From Nitrosopumilus sp. (GTDB taxonomy: Archaea; Thermoproteota; Nitrososphaeria; Nitrososphaerales; Nitrosopumilaceae), in the NCBI GenBank assembly GCA_965238275.1, contig OZ250186.1, positions 1 through 64,000 of the forward strand: 64,000 bases of DNA, given 5' to 3'. Positions 20,985 through 30,211 of this stretch are shown piece by piece (position 1 is the first letter of the stretch; each line of letters starts with the position of its first letter). The position numbers and the translations under genes were made by a program. The notes below the pieces were generated by a model. The model made no database searches. It saw nothing but the letters and a program-made list of their open reading frames with translations, and was not told the origin of the DNA.

Positions 20985-21407
20985 ATCGTATGGCAGTGAG
21001 ACGCTAAATTTAATTTTATTACCTGCAGGATCAGCCAGGCTGCGTACTTCGTACCTGTCATGGGTCACCCGCACGCAGAATACCTGCCAAGACCCAACAT
21101 CTGTCTCATGCAGCACATATCCCCGACAGAATGCATGCAGCCATCCGTTGGAAAATGAAAATCCGGGCAGAGACGACATGCCGGACACAAATAATTTAAA
21201 ATAATTATTCCTGAAAATAAAATCCAAGGAAACTATGTTTTTTGTATAATAACATGGTGGTGGCTGCCGTCCTGTGAAATGTCATATACAGACACCAAAT
21301 CATCCTCAAAGTCATACCGGACCATGGAGATGGGACGGCAGGCAAGTTTTACGCGGTGCCATACGATTTACAGAACATTATTAGACAGGATTGAACCACA
21401 GGGTATC

Positions 21408-22421
21408 GTGAAGATAGCGGTAATGGGAATGGGAGTGGCAGGATCCTATCTCATGGCCAGGCTCAAAGACTCCGAACACGAGATTGTAGGGTACGAGAGG
21501 ATGCCAGAGGAGAGGCACGACTCAATATGCGCCTGGGGAACCATCAAGCCGGTGCTTTCAGAATTCTGCAGCAAGGTCGGCAGGGACTTTGAGGATTTTA
21601 TGATTCACGATGGAAAAAGCATGCACGTCAAGATGAACAGCAGCGTAAAGTTTGACATAGGGCTGCACGGACTTTGCACGTATGACAAGCTTGGGCTGAT
21701 CAAGGACTTTATCAAGGATTCCAAGGTGATTTATGGCGTATCCCCCAAGCTGAAGGAGCTTGATGCAGAGTACGACATGATAGTGGACTGTACAGGATTT
21801 CACAGGGTTTATCTGCCAAGACTCAAGGAGGACTTTTTTTTGCCGACCTACGAGTACAAGGTAGAGTACGAAGATGGCGTCCCGTATGACGACTTTTACA
21901 TTGAGCCGTTCCCAGGAATGTCCGGATACTTTTGGTACTTTCCGCTGGGAGAAAAATGGGCGCACATTGGCGCCGGTGACTATAGAAAGAACCACGTCAA
22001 GGCAACAGACGAATTTCTAAAGAAACACGGGGGCAAGGTGATCAAGACAAAGGGCCGTCCAATCAGGCTGGCCACCCCGAACAGGTGCAAGCCGTTTTAC
22101 AACGGCAAGGTGGTAGGGGTTGGCGAGTCGATTGGGACGGTGTACGCACTGCTCGGCGAGGGAATAATCCCGTCAATGCAGTGCGTTGAGATCTTTTTGA
22201 AGAACATGCACGACTTTGCCGCATACGAGAGGGCAGTCGACGAGCACTACAAGGTGTATGGAAAGGTCTTCAACTTTGTAAGGGCAAAGATACACAAGGA
22301 GTTCAGCTTTATAAGATCACTGCCGGACTTTTTGGCAATATTCAGATACATGAAAAAGCACGAGGACAGGTTTGGAATGGACATCAAGATAGCGGACCTA
22401 GTCAAGGTCGCCAAGGCCTAA
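21408..22421 (+). CDS. NAD(P)/FAD-dependent oxidoreductase, geranylgeranyl reductase-like
   Basis: GMGVAG Rossmann motif, GYFWYFP and VGESIG..LLGEGI. Start refined to GTG 21408. Confidence 0.85.
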   Translation: MKIAVMGMGVAGSYLMARLKDSEHEIVGYERMPEERHDSICAWGTIKPVLSEFCSKVGRDFEDFMIHDGKSMHVKMNSSVKFDIGLHGLCTYDKLGLIKDFIKDSKVIYGVSPKLKELDAEYDMIVDCTGFHRVYLPRLKEDFFLPTYEYKVEYEDGVPYDDFYIEPFPGMSGYFWYFPLGEKWAHIGAGDYRKNHVKATDEFLKKHGGKVIKTKGRPIRLATPNRCKPFYNGKVVGVGESIGTVYALLGEGIIPSMQCVEIFLKNMHDFAAYERAVDEHYKVYGKVFNFVRAKIHKEFSFIRSLPDFLAIFRYMKKHEDRFGMDIKIADLVKVAKA

Positions 22422-22449
22422 CCAAGGCCTAACCAAGGCCTAGCCAAGG
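22411..22449 (+). repeat. 11-bp tandem repeat CCAAGGCCTA(A/G), about 3.5 copies, spanning two convergent stop codons
   Basis: Read directly. Confidence 0.85.
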
Positions 22450-23144
22450 GCAATTGAGCCAAACCCTTCCCTGCCGGTACGGACAGAGGCCATGTTGTAG
22501 TCGTAAATTATCCCAGAGTATTCCTTGAACTCGCCATTCATGGGTTCCAGGGAGTCTGCAAGATAGAATCCCGGGCAGTCTCCGGTAAACTGGTATGTGG
22601 CATGTACTCGCGCCATCCCCTTCTCGTTTTCCAGCCAAGTTGAGAACGGATACAGGTAGCACACGCCCGGCCTGTCCGGATGCATGCTGCACCCGCCCTT
22701 CTCGTCAAGGAACCTGCACGGGATGTGCGTTCCGTCATCCTCGGCAGTCTCGTCTGTCTTTCTCTTCAGGTTGATTGTAGTCATGACAGTTGCCTGCCCC
22801 GAGGGGCCATGCTCCTGATATGTTGTCGTGACGGTCTCGTTTCGTATAAAGTCCGACGTCCTTTGGTACTTTAATCCCCTGCCAATCGTAATGAGATCAT
22901 CGGAGGTCAGCGGAAGCCTGCCCTGCCGGTTGCAGCAGTTGTGGCAGTCAGGCCAGAAACACTTCCACAGGACGTACCTTTTCTCAGAGTTCAGGTATGG
23001 TACGTGAAAGACGACCCTGCCTGCCCGAACCGGCCGGTCAGACACGTCAGTGATCTTGCCCAGTACGAAATTCCGCAGGATTGGGTCCACGTCCCAGTCC
23101 TTTTCCAACAGATCAAGTGATTTTTGGATCTCGCTTTGAGACAA
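22440..23144 (-). CDS. YkgJ family cysteine-cluster (Zn/Fe-S) protein
   Basis: Motifs C.WPDCHNCC, CRFL and CSMHPDRPGVCYLYPF. Confidence 0.85.
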   Translation of the reverse strand: MSQSEIQKSLDLLEKDWDVDPILRNFVLGKITDVSDRPVRAGRVVFHVPYLNSEKRYVLWKCFWPDCHNCCNRQGRLPLTSDDLITIGRGLKYQRTSDFIRNETVTTTYQEHGPSGQATVMTTINLKRKTDETAEDDGTHIPCRFLDEKGGCSMHPDRPGVCYLYPFSTWLENEKGMARVHATYQFTGDCPGFYLADSLEPMNGEFKEYSGIIYDYNMASVRTGREGFGSIALG

Positions 23145-23225
23145 CAAAAAGCATTGCACGCAGATGTTATTAACGTTGATGAACAAAACATAAAATTGCA
23201 TGTATCCGGAGGAAACCAATACTTC

Positions 23226-23305
23226 CGGACGCGATATTCATCACTTGCCTGTTTGTCAACGGCATTTTCCCTTTTTGGTGGGCATTTTGGGCACGAATAT
23301 CTGCA
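23226..23305 (-). pseudogene. Highly decayed TnpB-like C-terminal fragment
   Basis: Across frameshifts it reads approximately IF.CPKC....ENA.DKQAS.NIA, resembling the TnpB zinc-ribbon/RuvC-III motif CxxC...AD.NA..NI. Confidence 0.4.
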
Positions 23306-23506
23306 AGGGCGTCAGAAAAAAACCACAAAAGCTGCTGCTGCCGCCGCCTCAAACAGCAGGCGTGATGTATTTGTGCATGCAGTTCCCCGGAATCATCACA
23401 AATACGGACGGTAAACAAATAGCGATGCCAAAAATCAGAATATATCCATTATCCGACAGTTCCCAGATAGTATAAAATAAGTAGGAGTAAATTACGCATA
23501 AATGCA

Positions 23507-23732
23507 ATGGTAGACGAGATCCCGACGTAAATAATGAGACAGCAACAGGGGCAAGCCTGTCATGCTTAGACTGAGAAACAAAAAGACCATACGGGGCATC
23601 CTGAAGGAATTTGACATCCACATGAATATGACGCTGGATGATACCGAGGACATCTCAGATGAAAAATCCATACTTATCGGAAATGTTCTGTTGCGCGGCG
23701 ACAACATCATGGCAATATCATTCCCAGAGTAG
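23507..23732 (+). pseudogene. Sm-like (LSm) protein, disrupted at the 5' end
   Basis: Sm1 and Sm2 motifs (GILKEFDIHMNMTL, LLRGDNI) are intact from 23538. The N-terminus MVDEIPT ends in TAA 23528-23530 and is in a different frame. Confidence 0.8.
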
Positions 23733-24106
23733 GCACCGCCGGAAAGGCAGCAGTCGTTGAACAAATCATTTTGGCATGACGCGTGTTGCAGTACAGATGC
23801 GGTTAATTCATCAATATTGATACCTGGTGACAGATGATCCTCAGCAGCAGGCTCCGCGCAAAACATGCAGGCGGGATTTTGCAGTCATGCAGGCCAGCGG
23901 ATTGGTTCGTCGTCTGGCTGGAATGCGTATTTTCATGCCATGGCCCCATCGTTTCACGAGGCTGGGATGCAATCTTCCCCGGATCCGTCCGGCCTTTGCT
24001 TTTCCAAGGATCCCATTCCATGACCCTGTCAGTACACGAATCAGGCATAAACCACACAAATAGAACAAAAACCTATAAAGACCCATCAAGACGGTTCACA
24101 TTAGGA

Positions 24107-24421
24107 ATGAGTAGGATTCTGGAAAAATCATTAAAGGATGCCCGCAAGGAAGACCGGCTTACCATGGGCTCCAGACAGGTCCTAAACTCCGTAAAAGACT
24201 CCAAACTGATCATACTGTCCCGGTCTGTGGACGGCAAAACATCCGACAAGATCAGATCAGATGCAAAGGGACAAGAGATACCACTGGTGGACTTTCAGGG
24301 AACGTCAGTCGCACTAGGGAAGCTGTGCGGCCTGCAATTTAGGATATCAACAATATCATTCACATCCATAACCAATGACAGCATCAAGGCAATCCTTAAT
24401 GAGTCACAGGCAGGAGCCTGA
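24107..24421 (+). CDS. rpl30e: 50S ribosomal protein L30e
   Basis: L7Ae-family signature GTSVALGKLCG. Precedes nusA-rps12-rps7. Confidence 0.88.
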   Translation: MSRILEKSLKDARKEDRLTMGSRQVLNSVKDSKLIILSRSVDGKTSDKIRSDAKGQEIPLVDFQGTSVALGKLCGLQFRISTISFTSITNDSIKAILNESQAGA

Positions 24422-24490
24422 GATGACTGGCGCACCACCCAACAAAAGCCCAAATGAGACGGTTGTTTTCGGAGTAAAAAAGGAATTCCC

Positions 24491-24955
24491 ATGACACAGG
24501 CAATCAAGCTTACCACCGATCAGATGCGCATGATGTCCCTGTTCCAGAACGTCACGGGCGCGACTGCACGCGACTGTGTCGATGACGAGAAACAGAACAG
24601 GGTAATCTTTGTAGTCAACACGGGCAAGATGGGCCTTGCGATAGGCAAGGGGGGCACCCACATAAAATCACTCCAGAACATAATCAAGAGGAACATAGAG
24701 CTAGTCGAGTTCGAAGAGGATCCTGCAAAGTTTCTTGCAAGCCTTCTCAACTCCAAACTTGTCTCAGAGGTAAGGATAAGCACGCGGCTTGACGGAACAA
24801 AGCAGGCAGTGGTCATAGTGGATCCAAGAAAGAAGGGAATCGTGGTAGGAAGGGACGGAAGGAACGCCGAAAAGGCAAGGCTCCTTGCAAAGCGATATTT
24901 TGATATAACCAGCGTATTAATCAACAGTCCTGAAAAAGCGACAATGGAGTTGTAG
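24491..24955 (+). CDS. nusA: Archaeal NusA
   Basis: Two KH GxxG motifs (AIGKGG, VVGRDG). Confidence 0.95.
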   Translation: MTQAIKLTTDQMRMMSLFQNVTGATARDCVDDEKQNRVIFVVNTGKMGLAIGKGGTHIKSLQNIIKRNIELVEFEEDPAKFLASLLNSKLVSEVRISTRLDGTKQAVVIVDPRKKGIVVGRDGRNAEKARLLAKRYFDITSVLINSPEKATMEL

Positions 24956-24958
24956 TGT

Positions 24959-25396
24959 ATGAGGAAATCACCCCTAGGATTATTCGCAGGCAGAGTTTTG
25001 ACTACCAAGAAGAAGAAGCAGCGGTGGGCGATATCGACCTACAAGAGGAGGGAGCTTGGAATTGACAAAAAGGCGGATCCGCTTGGCGGCTCCCCGCAGG
25101 CCAAGGGCATCGTACTGGAGAAGGTCGGAATTGCCGCAAAGCAGCCCAACTCGGCCGTACGAAAATGCGTCCGCGTCCAGCTGATCAAAAACGGCAAGAC
25201 TGTTACTGCCTTTCTGCCGCGCGACGGCGCAATGAACTTTATTGACGAGCACGACGAGGTCCACATACACGGAATGGGCGCAACGCAGGGAGGCGCAATG
25301 GGAGACATTCCGGGAGTCAGATTCAAGGTATTCAAGGTAAACGGGACGTCGCTTCACGAGCTGGTCATCGGCAAGAAGGAGAAACCGAGGAGATAG
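24959..25396 (+). CDS. rps12: 30S ribosomal protein S12
   Basis: Motifs [15 protein letters not shown] and [10 protein letters not shown]. Confidence 0.98.
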   Translation: MRKSPLGLFAGRVLTTKKKKQRWAISTYKRRELGIDKKADPLGGSPQAKGIVLEKVGIAAKQPNSAVRKCVRVQLIKNGKTVTAFLPRDGAMNFIDEHDEVHIHGMGATQGGAMGDIPGVRFKVFKVNGTSLHELVIGKKEKPRR

Positions 25397-25402
25397 GCAA
25401 CC

Positions 25403-26002
25403 ATGGCAGAGACAAAGAACATGCTGCTGTTTAGAAAATGGGACATGACAGACATCGAGGTAAAGGATCCCGGACTAAAGACTGCAATCTCGCTTCGAAA
25501 ACAGATCCTGCCGTACACGTACGGCCGCTCTGCCCTCAAGAGGTTCAACAAGGCCGACGTCAACATTGTCGAGAGGCTTATCAACAAGACGATGCACTTT
25601 GGCAAGAGGTATGCCAAGAACACAGGCAGGATGACTGGCAAAAAGGCAAACGTCATGAACACCGTAAAGACTGCATTTGACATCATAGCCCTGAAGACAG
25701 GAAAGAATCCAGTCGAGGTTCTGGTGCGGGCAGTGGAGCATTCTGCGCCCAACGAGGACACCACCAGGATAGTCTACGGAGGCACGGTATACCATGTGTC
25801 AGTCGATGTCGCCCCAATCCGAAGGGTCGACCTGGCCTTGAAGTTCATATCAGATGCAATAAAGGAGAGCACGTTCTCCAACCCGAAGCCCATCGAGGAG
25901 CACATGGCAGAGCAGCTGATCATGGCATCACAGAATGATCCTTCCGCCCACTCCGTAAAGAAGAAGAACGAAGTGGAACGCATAGCACAGGCCTCAAGAT
26001 AG
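25403..26002 (+). CDS. rps7: 30S ribosomal protein S7
   Basis: Motifs IVERLIN, VDVAPIRR and ERIAQASR. Confidence 0.97.
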   Translation: MAETKNMLLFRKWDMTDIEVKDPGLKTAISLRKQILPYTYGRSALKRFNKADVNIVERLINKTMHFGKRYAKNTGRMTGKKANVMNTVKTAFDIIALKTGKNPVEVLVRAVEHSAPNEDTTRIVYGGTVYHVSVDVAPIRRVDLALKFISDAIKESTFSNPKPIEEHMAEQLIMASQNDPSAHSVKKKNEVERIAQASR

Positions 26003-26035
26003 GACACCCCCACACATCTCAATATAAAACACCAG

Positions 26036-26138
26036 TAGCCCGAGGCAGATTCGAACTGCCGTCTCTGCCTATCCACTCATGAGATCCAGAGGGCAGAATC
26101 CTTGATCTAAAATTATTTGACCGCTAGACTATCGGGCT
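26036..26138 (-). tRNA. tRNA-Gln(CTG) with two 15-nt introns (D-loop and anticodon loop)
   Basis: Acceptor stem AGCCCGA/TCGGGCT (A1-U72), anticodon stem CTGCC/GGCAG around CTG, T arm GGCAG-TTCGAAT-CTGCC. Length 103 nt = 73 + 2 x 15. Confidence 0.9.
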
Positions 26139-26421
26139 ACCAAGATGTTGTCCCATTCATTGGAATATAATTATTTGCAGTTTTCCCGGAGGCGGGGGGG
26201 GGGGCTCGAGCAGACGGATCAGCAGAGGCGCGCCCCGTACGCCGCCATGCAGGGCCGGCAGAAAAAAAACTGTCCGGAGCCGGCGGCATGGCCTCAAAAG
26301 GCAGATTTCACAGAGGACACACATCCTGGGCATCGGTGCAGCATGAATATCATTTCTGCAGAATGTGATGCCAGGTTGCAGGGCATTATTATGGCAGTTT
26401 GCACTTTTCCCCTCAGGGGTA

Positions 26422-29400
26422 TTATTTCTTTGAGACCTTCATGTACAAGTCGACTGTCCCGCTTCCTATCGGAATGTTGCTGCCCACGATCACGTTCTCG
26501 GTGATTCCCTTGAGCTGCTCGACTTCCCCCCCGAGGGCCGCATGCGCTATGGTGGGGACGGTAATCTCAAAGGCGGCCCTTGCAAGGACGCTGTCCTTTG
26601 TTCCTGCTATTCCGTGCCTTCCTATCTGCTGCATGTATCCGCGGGAGCACATCAGGTCAGAGACCAGCATGATGTACCTGTTGTCAACCTCAAGTCCCTG
26701 ATCCTCAAGGGTGTTGTTAAGCTCGTTGATCAGCGCGTTTCGGGCGGCCTCTATTCCCAGGGTGCCTGCAATTTCAAAGACGTTGTTGGTTCGGATGTTT
26801 TTCTTGTCAATCCCGGACACTGCAAGAAGTTTTGCCATGTTTGAGCCGGTAGTCTGTATGACCCACTCGTCGCCCTTTTGTACCAGGGTGACGCGCTCAA
26901 TGTCCGGAACCCCCTTGACGGTGGTATTGAGTATCTTGTTTCTTATTGCGATCACAGTTGCAGTGTCAGATTCCTCCACCAGCTTCAGCGCCAGCATCTC
27001 CCCGGTAACTGTCATCTTGAACTTCTTGTTGGATGCCAGGGATGCCTCGACGCCCTCTACGGTGCAGCCCCGATCCCTGAGCCTCTTTGCGTCCAGAACC
27101 AGCTTGATCTCCGTGGAATAGTCGGTGTCGTGGTAGGCAATCAGGGAGCTTATCTTGGTCTGCAGGACGTTCTTTGCAATCTCGATTGCCTTTTCCCTTG
27201 AGTTTTTGGATTCCTCGTCAAGGTAGATGTCCATCGTGGGGGTGACCGGCTTTTTTCTTGCGTCGACTAGTTCGATGAGCCTTGGAAGGCCGAGTGTGAC
27301 GTTTCTCTCCTTGATTCCTGCAAAGTGGAACGTTCTGAGCGTCATCTGCGTGCCGGGCTCGCCGATTGACTGGGCAGTGATTATTCCGACTGCCTGTCCG
27401 GGCTCCACCTGCGCCTTGTTGTACAGCGAGAGTCCCTTCTTGCACACGGCCTCGGCGCCTTCCCTGCTCAGTTCTGACTTGTGCAGTGCCTCAGTTACAA
27501 GCGTGGTGAGTCGCGGATTAAATGTCGAGGTGTACTTTTCTACAAGGCCGTCAATCTCGTCCTTTGTGGCGCCGTCTCCGGTATTCACTATGGTCTGGGA
27601 CTCGATGAGCCTGTTGATGTTGAACGCCTCGCCGTGATCGCTTTTGGCCACGTCGATTCCGTCCTCCCCGTAGAGGAACTGGACTATGTGGCCGTGCGGA
27701 TCCCTTACGGTCCCGTCATATTCAAGCCGGATGTGCTCCAGGGCGTTGATCAGCCTGCGCTGCATGTAGCCGCTCTGCTGGGTTCGGACCGCAGTGTCCA
27801 CCAGCCCCTCGCGTCCTCCCATGGCATGAAAGAAGAACTCCAGCGCCGAGAGCCCCTCCCGGTAGTTGGACTTTACAAACCCATGGGCGTCGGGATTCTT
27901 GTCGTGCTCCCGGTAGTGGGGGAGTGCGCGGTTGTCATACCCGTCGTGCAGCCTGTTTCCCCTTCTTGACTGTTGGCCGAGTGCGCCTGCCATCTGGCCC
28001 ACGTTGAGCGAGGAACCCCTTGCGCCGGTGGTGGCCATGATCTTTCCGGCGTTGCTCACATCAAGCGAGTCGTTTGCAGTGGAGCCGGCCTTGTCCCTTG
28101 CCTTGCCCAGTTCGTTTACAATGTATGCCTCGAGGGCTTCTTCGGGTCTCATTCCCCTTGTAAGCTTGAGTGTTCCGTTCTCGTACTGTTCAGTCAGATC
28201 CGCCACAACGTTATAGGTTCCCTGGATGTCGTCAAGTATCTGCTGCCTGTCCTTTTCAGGCACCTCCAAGTCGCCAAAGCCGTAGCTGAATCCGTAGTGG
28301 GTGATGAACTGCTTTACCATGATCAGAATCGAGTTGAGGAACTTTTTGCCCACGTCGTTGCCATAGTCCTTTGCTATCCTGTGCAGCACGCTTTCAGGCT
28401 CTTCTGCGCCGATTGACGTCTTGTCGATTACGCCGCTGATCAGCTGCCCGTTCTTGATTACGACGTCGTTTTTGGGACCCTTGATTCCCTTGGACCACTT
28501 TGATGTAATGACATAGTTGAAGTCCTTGGGGAGGAACAGCGAGAAGAGCTGCTTGCCGGTGTATGCGGGGCCGTCTGGTGTTGTCGCGCCGGGTTCGGGA
28601 AGCCTGCCGGGATAGCCTCCAAGCATTGCAAGGTTTGTAAACTCCTGGGGGGTGAGCGTCGTGCCGTCCTTGGTCAGAAGATATGCGCCTGTAACAAAGT
28701 CCCTGAGTGCTCCGATTATGGGGCCGCCGTACCGGGGCGAGATCAGTTGATCCTGCACCCTCATCAGCAGGATGGCCTCCGCCCTTGCCTCCTCGCTTTG
28801 TGGAACGTGAAGGTTCATCTCGTCGCCGTCAAAGTCTGCATTGTATGGCGGGCATACTGACGGGTGCAGCCTGAATGTCTTTCCAGGAAGCACCTTGACA
28901 TAGTGTGCCATGATGGACATCTGGTGGAGCGAGGGCTGCCGGTTGAACATTACGATGTCGCCGTCTGCAAGGTGTCTTTCTACAAGGTATCCCATCTCGA
29001 GGGTCTCGGCGATTATCGAGCGGTCCTCTACAAAGTCCAGGCGTATCTTTACGCCGTCTGGCCTGACGATATAGTTGACGCCGGGAAACGTGTCAGGCCC
29101 GTTAGTCACAAGATCCTTCATCCTCTCGATGTTCCACGATGTCACAATCTCAGGGATGGTAAGCTTCATGGCCACGGTCCTTGGAACCCCGACCTCGGAT
29201 AGATCCAAGTTGGGATCAGGGGAGATGACGGTTCTGCTTGAAAAGTCCACCCTCTTTCCCGACAGGGATCCTCTGAACCTTCCCTCCTTCCCCTTGAGCC
29301 TCTGGGTAAGGGTCTTGAGGGGACGGCCGGAGCGGTGGTGTGCCTGCGGGATTCCGGATACCTCGTTGTCAAAGTATGTGGTGGTGTGGTATTGGAGCAG

Positions 29401-30210
29401 GTCCACCAAGTCCTGAACTATCAGCGGCGGCGTTCCTGCCTCCTTGCTCTCCTTGAGTCTCTGGTTGACCCTGATGATGTCGACCATCTTGTGGGTCAGA
29501 TCGTCCTCGGAGCGTATTCCAGTCTCCAGTATTATTGACGGCCTTACCGTGACAGGAGGCACAGGCAGTGCCTGAAGCACAAACCATTCTGGCCTGGCAG
29601 TGGCAGGGTCATACGACATCAGATCCAGATCATTATCAAGAATCTGCGAGAACCTCTCACGGATCGTGATTGGGAGCAGTCTGTGCTCGCCGATGTCTGC
29701 CTTTTCCACGAATATGGTGGGCTTTGTAAAGATCAGCTCGTACTGCGTCTTGCCACAGTGCGGGCACTCCTTGGCCTTCTTTGCCTTTTCTATTATCATC
29801 TCAGGAATGCGTTTTTGCGATATTACGGCATATCCTGCACGCTTGTCCTTGATTCGCCTGAACTCGTCTAGAACATCTTGGGGAACCTTGAGCCTGGCGC
29901 ATGAGCGGCATGTGGACTGCAGCAGCTTGTAGATGTTGTCGATGAATGCAATGTGCAGTACCGGCTCTGCGAACTCTATGTGCCCAAAGTGTCCAGGACA
30001 CCGCGCAGCAGTATTCCCGCATGTGAGGCACTTTTGGCCCGGCTCCAGTGTTCCAAGCCTGCCGTCCATGAGCCCCCCCTGAACAGGCATCCCGTCCTCG
30101 TCATACGTCTCGGGGGCGGTAATCTCGGCAACAGAATACTTTCTAATCTCGGTAGGAGACCAGACAGAGAACCTGATTCCGTTGATTGATTTTATAGCTT
30201 GAATCGACAT
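26422..30210 (-). CDS. rpoA: DNA-directed RNA polymerase subunit A, fused A'+A''
   Basis: CPGHFGH, NADFDGD, TQMTLRTFH and RAAFE all in one 1262-aa ORF. Confidence 0.98.
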   Translation of the reverse strand: MSIQAIKSINGIRFSVWSPTEIRKYSVAEITAPETYDEDGMPVQGGLMDGRLGTLEPGQKCLTCGNTAARCPGHFGHIEFAEPVLHIAFIDNIYKLLQSTCRSCARLKVPQDVLDEFRRIKDKRAGYAVISQKRIPEMIIEKAKKAKECPHCGKTQYELIFTKPTIFVEKADIGEHRLLPITIRERFSQILDNDLDLMSYDPATARPEWFVLQALPVPPVTVRPSIILETGIRSEDDLTHKMVDIIRVNQRLKESKEAGTPPLIVQDLVDLLQYHTTTYFDNEVSGIPQAHHRSGRPLKTLTQRLKGKEGRFRGSLSGKRVDFSSRTVISPDPNLDLSEVGVPRTVAMKLTIPEIVTSWNIERMKDLVTNGPDTFPGVNYIVRPDGVKIRLDFVEDRSIIAETLEMGYLVERHLADGDIVMFNRQPSLHQMSIMAHYVKVLPGKTFRLHPSVCPPYNADFDGDEMNLHVPQSEEARAEAILLMRVQDQLISPRYGGPIIGALRDFVTGAYLLTKDGTTLTPQEFTNLAMLGGYPGRLPEPGATTPDGPAYTGKQLFSLFLPKDFNYVITSKWSKGIKGPKNDVVIKNGQLISGVIDKTSIGAEEPESVLHRIAKDYGNDVGKKFLNSILIMVKQFITHYGFSYGFGDLEVPEKDRQQILDDIQGTYNVVADLTEQYENGTLKLTRGMRPEEALEAYIVNELGKARDKAGSTANDSLDVSNAGKIMATTGARGSSLNVGQMAGALGQQSRRGNRLHDGYDNRALPHYREHDKNPDAHGFVKSNYREGLSALEFFFHAMGGREGLVDTAVRTQQSGYMQRRLINALEHIRLEYDGTVRDPHGHIVQFLYGEDGIDVAKSDHGEAFNINRLIESQTIVNTGDGATKDEIDGLVEKYTSTFNPRLTTLVTEALHKSELSREGAEAVCKKGLSLYNKAQVEPGQAVGIITAQSIGEPGTQMTLRTFHFAGIKERNVTLGLPRLIELVDARKKPVTPTMDIYLDEESKNSREKAIEIAKNVLQTKISSLIAYHDTDYSTEIKLVLDAKRLRDRGCTVEGVEASLASNKKFKMTVTGEMLALKLVEESDTATVIAIRNKILNTTVKGVPDIERVTLVQKGDEWVIQTTGSNMAKLLAVSGIDKKNIRTNNVFEIAGTLGIEAARNALINELNNTLEDQGLEVDNRYIMLVSDLMCSRGYMQQIGRHGIAGTKDSVLARAAFEITVPTIAHAALGGEVEQLKGITENVIVGSNIPIGSGTVDLYMKVSKK

Positions 30211-30211
30211 A

